Part shown: in pieces, positions 58,101-64,000 of the stretch
How the letters are laid out: each line of letters starts with the position of its first letter
Position numbering within the stretch: position 1 is the stretch's first letter
Source: the human T2T-CHM13v2.0 reference genome, Homo sapiens
Direction: 5' to 3' (one strand)
Assembly: GCF_009914755.1 (NCBI RefSeq)
Contig: NC_060940.1
DNA: 64,000 bases
Translations under genes and position numbers: made by a program
Notes under the pieces: model-generated
What the model was told of the DNA's origin: nothing
Database searches by the model: none
Seen by the model: only the letters and a program-made list of their open reading frames with translations

Positions 58101-59492
58101 TTCTATGATTCCATTCAATTCCGTTCATTGACAATTTGATTCCATTCGATGATGATTCCATTTGAGTTCATTCGATGATTCTATTCGATTCTCTTCGATG
58201 GTGATTCAATTCTATTATATTGGATGATTCCATTCGATTCCATTTGATGTTGATTCAATTCGATTCTATTCGATGATGATTCCATTGGATTTCACTTGAT
58301 GATTCTATTCGATTCCATTCAATGATGATTCACTTCTCGTCCATTGGATGATTCCATTTCATTCCATTCGATGATGATTCCATTCGATTCCTTTCGATGA
58401 TTCCATTTGATTCCATGTGACGGTGAGCAATTCGATTCAATTCCATGATGATTCTATTTGATTCAATTAGATGATGTTTCCATTCGAATCCATTACATGA
58501 TTATTCCATTGGAATCCATTCGGCGATGATTCCATATGAGTCAATTCAATGATGATTCCATATGGGTCCGTTCGATGATAATTCCATTTGATTTCATTCG
58601 ATGCTTCTATTCAATTCCAGTCGATGATGATTCCGTTGGAGTCCATACGATGATTCCATTTGATTTCATTTGATGATGATTCCATTCGATGATGATTACA
58701 TTGGATTCGATTCTATGATTCCATTCAATTCCATTCGTTGATGATTCGATTCCATTCAATGATGATTCCATTTGAGTTCATTCGATGATTCTATTCGATT
58801 CCGTTCGATGGTGATTCAATTCTATTATATTGGATGATTCCACTCGATTCCATTTGATGATTATTCCATTGGAGTCCACTTAGTGAATCCTTTAGATTCT
58901 ACTCGAAGATGATTCCATTCGAGTCCATTCGATGATACCATTCAATTCTATTCGTTGATGCTTCCATTCAAGTGCATTCGATGATATCATTCGATTCCAT
59001 TTGATGATAATTCCATTTGATTCCATGCGATGATTCTATTCGATTCCATTCAATGATAATTCCATTCAATACAGTGATTCCTCTGGACTCCATTTGATGA
59101 TGATTCCATTCAATGATTCCATTCGATTCCATTCCGAAATGATTCCATTTGAATCCATTTGATGATGATTCCATTAGATTCCATTTGATGATTCCATTCG
59201 ATTCCATTTGACGATGATTCCATTCGATTCCATTTGATGATTCCATTCTATTCTATTCGATGATGATTCCATTCGATTCCATTCGATGATGATTGGATTC
59301 GATTCCATTTGATGATTTCATTTGATTCCATTCGTTAATGATTTCGATCAACTCCATTCGATGATTCCATTTAATTCCATTCGATAATGATTACATCCGA
59401 GTCCATTCGATGATTCCATTTGAGCCCGTTCGATAATTCCATTTGAGTCCAATCAATGATTCCATTCATTTCCATTCAATGATTCCATTCGA
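55131..59492 (+). repeat. 2,181-bp tandem duplication of unit positions ~411-2591
   Basis: Markers 55582/57763 and 56787/58968 are 2181 apart; junction at 57289-57311. Confidence 0.92.
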
Positions 59493-62400
59493 GTCCATTT
59501 GATCATTCCGGTAGGGTCCGTTCGATGTTGATTCCATTGGAGTGCATTCGATGATTCCATTCGAGTCCATTTTATGATTTGATTCGAGTCCTTTCGATGA
59601 TTCCATTCGATTCCACTCGATGATGATTTCATTCGAGTCCATTCGACACTTCCAATCGATTCCATTTGATGTTTCCATTCGAGTCCAATTGATGATTCCA
59701 TTCAATTCCATTCGATGATGATTCCGTACGATTCCATTCTGTGATGATTCCATGTGATTGCATTCAATGATGATTCCTTTCGATTGCATTCGATTATGAT
59801 TCATTTCGTGTTCATTCTATGGTTCCACAGGTTTCCATTCGATGACGTTTCCGTTCGTGTCCATTCCATTATTCCATTCTATTTCATTTGATGATGATTT
59901 CATTCGATTCCATTCATTGGTGATTCCACTCAATTCCATTCAATGATTCCATTCCATTTCTTTCAACAATGATTCCATTAGTTTCTATTCGATGATCCAC
60001 TTGATTCCATTTGGCGATGATTCCATTCGTGTCCATTCGATGATTCCGTTTGATTCCATATGATGATGATTCCATTCGATTCCATACGATGATGATTCCA
60101 TTCGTGTCCATTCAATGGTGATTCCATTCAATTCCATTCGATGATTCCTTCCGATTCCATTCGATGATGATGGCATTCGATTCCTTTCAATCATTCCCTT
60201 TGATTCCATTCAAAGGTGATTTCATTCAAGTCCATTCGATAATTGCGTTCGATTCCATTCTATGATGATTCCATTCGAGTCCATTTGATGATTCCATTCA
60301 ATTCAAGTCAATGATGATTCCATTCGATTCCACTCGATGATTCCATTGGATTCCATTCGATGATGATTCCATTCAAATCCATTCGATAATTCAATTCAAG
60401 TCCATTCGATGATGATTCCAATCGAATCCATTCAAAGATTCCATTCAATTCCATTCGATGATGATTCCCTTAGATTCCATTCGATGATTCCACTTGATTC
60501 CATTTAAGATGATTCCATTTGATTCCATGTGATGAATCCATTCAATTCTATTCAATGATGTTTCCATTTGATTCCATTGGACCATGATTGCCTTTGATTC
60601 CATTCAATGATTCCATTCGGTTCCATTTGATGATGATTCCGTTCGATTCCATTTCATTATTCCATTTGATTCCATTGGATGAGTCCATTCGATTACATTC
60701 GATGATTATTCCATTCGAGTGCATTAGATGATTGCATTCGTGTCCATTCGATGATTCCATTCGATTCCATTCGATGTTGATTCTGTTCAAATCCATTCGA
60801 TGATTCCACTCGATTCCATTCGATGACTCCATTTGATCCCTTTCGATGATTTCCTGTGATTCCCTTTGATGATCATTCTATTTGATTCAATTCGGTGATT
60901 TCATTTCATTCCATTCAGTGATGTTTCCATTCGACTGTATTCGATGATGATTCCATTCGACTCCATTCGATTATGATTTCATTCAATTCCATTCCATAAT
61001 GATTCCCTTCGAGTCCATTCGATGATTCCATTCGATTCCATTCAACGATGATTTGATTCGTTTCCATTCGATGATTCCATTTGATTCCACTTGATGATGA
61101 TTCCATTCGAGTCCATTTGATGATTCCATTCGAGTCTATTTATGTATTATATTCGTGTCCACTTCATGATTCCATTCAATTCCATTTAATGTTGATTCCA
61201 TTTGATTCCATTTGATGATTCAGTTCGATTCCTTGCAATGATTCCCTACGATTCCTTTCTATGATGATTCCATTCGATTCCATTCATTGATGATTTCATT
61301 CGACTCCATTCGATGATGATTCCTTTCGATTCCATTTGACGATGTTTCCATTCGAGTCCATTCGATGATGATTCTATTCAATTCTGTTCTATTATGATTC
61401 CATTCGATTTCATTCAATGCTTCTATTTGATTCCATTCGATGATGATTCCATCTCTTTCCCTTCGATGATTCCATTTGATTCCATTCAGTGATGATTCCA
61501 TTTGATTCCATCTGATGATGATTTCACTTGATTCCTTTCAATGATGATTCAATTCAAGTCCATTCGATGATTCCATTGGAGTCCAAACGATCATTCCGTT
61601 CGATTCCATTCAATGGTGATTCCATTCATGTCCATTCGATGAATCCATTCAATTCCATTCGATGATGACTCCATTCGAGTACATTCGATGATTCCATTTG
61701 ATTCCATTGGAAGATGATTCCATTCAATTCCATTGGAAGATGATTCCATTCAATTCCATTCGATGATGATTCCGTATGAATCCATTCTCTGATTATTCCA
61801 TTCGATTCCATTCATTGACGATTCCATTCAATTCCATTCAATGATGATTCTCTTCTATTCCATTCGATGATTCCGGTCGATTCCATTCGATGATGATTCC
61901 ATTAGATTCCATTCGATTGTTGCATTCGATTCCCTTCGATGATGATTCCTTTGAATTCCATTCGATTATCATTCCGTATGAATCCATTTGATGATTATTC
62001 CATTGGATTCCTTTCGATGATGATTCCATTCGATTCCATTTGATGATGTTTCTCTTGTATTCCATTGGATAATTCCTTTCAGTTCCCTTCGATGATTATT
62101 CTTTCGAGTCAATTCGATGATTCTATTCCATTCCCTTCGATGATGATTCCATTTCACTCCATTTGATGATTCCATTCGACTCAATTTGGTGATGATTCAA
62201 TTCGATGATATTCGATGACTCCATTCAATTTCATTTGATGATGATTACATTCGAGTCCATTTGATGATTGTATTCCTTTCCTTTTGATGATTATTCCATT
62301 CGTGTCTATTCAAAGGTTCCATTCTATTCCATTCAATGATGATTGCATTTGATTCCATTCAATGATTATGGCTATCGATTCCACTCGTTGATTCCATTTG

Positions 62401-64000
62401 ATTCCGTTCGGTGATTATTCTGTTAGATTCCATTAGAAGATTCCATTCGATTTTATTCAATGATTCCAATGGATTCCATTCAATGATGATTCCATTCGAC
62501 TCCATTCAGTGATTCCATTCGAGTCCATTTGATGATTCCATTCCTTTCCATTTGATGATGATTCCATTAGGGTCCATTCAATGATTCCATTCGAGTCCAT
62601 TCGTTAATGCCTTTCGAGTCCTTTTGATCACTACATTCGAGTCCATTCAATGATTCTATTCGATTCCATTCCATGATGATTCCATTCGAGTTCATTCGAT
62701 GATTGCATTCGAGTCCATTTGATGATTCCATATGATTCCCTTCGACAATGATTCCATTCGTGTCCATTTGATGATTCCATTCATTTCCTATCGATGAAGA
62801 TTCCATTCAAGTGTATTCGATGATTCCATTCAAATCCATTCGATGATGATTCCATTCCAGTCCATTCGATCATTCCACTTGATTCCATTTGATGACTATT
62901 CCATTCAAATCCATTTGATGATTCCATTGGATTCCATTCGATGTTACCATTCGAGTATATACGATGATTCCACTCGATTCCATTTGATGATTATTCCATT
63001 GGAGTCCACTTAGTGAATCCTTTAGATTCTACTCGAAGATGATTCCATTCGAGTCCATTCGATGATACCATTCAATTCCATTCGTTGATGCTTCCATTCA
63101 AGTGCATTCGATGATATCATTCGATTCCATTTGATGATAATTCCATTTGATTCCATGCGATGATTCTATTCGATTCCATTCAATGATAATTCCATTCAAT
63201 TCAGTGATTCCTCTGGACTCCATTTGATGATGATTCCATTCAATGATTCCATTCGATTCTATTCGAAAATGATTCCATTTGAATCCATTTGATGATGATT
63301 CCATTGGATTCCATTTGATGATTCCATTCGATTCCATTCGATGATGATTCCATTCGATTCCTTTTGATGAATCCATTCTATTGTATTCGATGATGATTCC
63401 ATTCGATTCCATTCGATGATGATTGGATTCGATTCCATTTGATGATTTCATTTGATTCCATTCGATAATGATTTCGATCAATTCCATTCGATGATTCCAT
63501 TCGATTCCATTCGATAATGATTACATCCGAGTCCATTCGATGATTCCCTTTGAGCCCGTTCGATAATTCCATTTGAGTCCAATCAATGATTCCATTCATT
63601 TCCATTCAATGATTCCATTCGAGTCCATTTGATCATTCCGGTAGGGTCCGTTCGATGTTGATTCCATTGGAGTGCATTCGATGATTCCATTCGAGTCCAT
63701 TTTAGGATTTGATTCGAGTCCTTTCGATGATTCCATTCGATTCCACTCGATGATTTCATTCGAGTCCATTCGACACTTCCAATCGATTCCATTTGATGTT
63801 TCCATTCGATTCCAATTGATGATTCCATTCAATTCCATTCGATGATGATTCCGTACGATTCCATTCTGTGATGATTCCATGTGATTGCATTCAATGATGA
63901 TTCCTTTCGATTGCATTCGATTATGATTCATTTCGTGTTCATTCTATGGTTCCACAGGTTTCCATTCGATGATGTTTCCATTCGTGTCCATTCCATTATT
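57312..64000 (+). repeat. Fourth, partial copy of the ~10-kb super-repeat, running off the window end
   Basis: Constant offset 31247 from 26065 onward (26516/57763, 27721/58968, 29301/60548, 30012/61259, 31851/63098). Confidence 0.9.
61132..62962 (+). repeat. Module B, last complete copy
   Basis: Offset 41230 from copy 1 and 31247 from copy 2. Confidence 0.93.

Larger units (their letters stand above)
1..64000 (+). repeat. Human Satellite II (HSat2/HSATII) pericentromeric tandem array, CATTC strand on +, single orientation
   Basis: Continuous diverged ATTCCATTCGATTCCATTCGATG(ATG) 23/26-bp monomers and the GAGTCCATTCGATG variant. TCGA and GANTC words are dense. CATTCGATTC and GATGATG predominate over pure (CATTC)n, which distinguishes HSat2 from HSat3. 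No GAATG-oriented block seen. Confidence 0.98.

Noticed and set aside
161-63931. More than 150 minus-strand ORFs of 60-151 aa (MESSNGIEWNHRM-type)
   Set aside because: They are translations of the GAATG/CATCATC strand, which is poor in stop codons. They are low complexity, overlap in several frames, and are opened or closed by single substitutions between copies. No domain or gene structure is evident.
1-64000. CRISPR-like array or repeat-spacer system suggested by the 23-26-bp periodicity
   Set aside because: There are no unique spacers and no cas genes; monomers are contiguous and degenerate.
1-64000. HSat3 or alpha satellite with CENP-B boxes
   Set aside because: Pure CATTC runs are only about three copies long, and CATTCGATTC/GATGATG dominate. 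No 171-bp monomer or CENP-B box was seen.
1-64000. Inversion or strand switch within the array
   Set aside because: CATTC polarity holds throughout, and all but one ORF lie on the minus strand from start to end.

Overview
The whole 64-kb window is one uninterrupted, single-orientation tandem array of classical human/hominid Satellite II (HSat2/HSATII). It is built from CATTCGATTC-derived 23- and 26-bp monomers (ATTCCATTCGATTCCATTCGATG[ATG]). I see no genes, RNA genes, transposons, CRISPR arrays or inversions. All listed ORFs are low-complexity read-throughs of the satellite and are rejected as CDSs, but they are useful as positional markers. The interest is in the higher-order architecture. 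(i) A 6,112-bp unit occupies 1-18193; from memory this period is typical of the chr16 HSat2B array, which is unverified here. (ii) A ~2.3-kb shared core is followed either by the rest of the 6.1-kb unit or by a distinct ~1.83-kb module B, the latter giving a 4,130-bp loop. (iii) A 5,853-bp deletion-variant unit joins the 4,130-bp loop to form a 9,983-bp super-repeat. (iv) There are several microhomology junctions, including a three-part junction with a templated insertion. (v) There is also a 98-bp triplication, a 2,181-bp duplication, an apparent gene-conversion tract, and indels quantised to monomer sizes. I found no new protein-coding system. All lengths were derived by eye from marker offsets, so junction coordinates are uncertain within the microhomology tracts.
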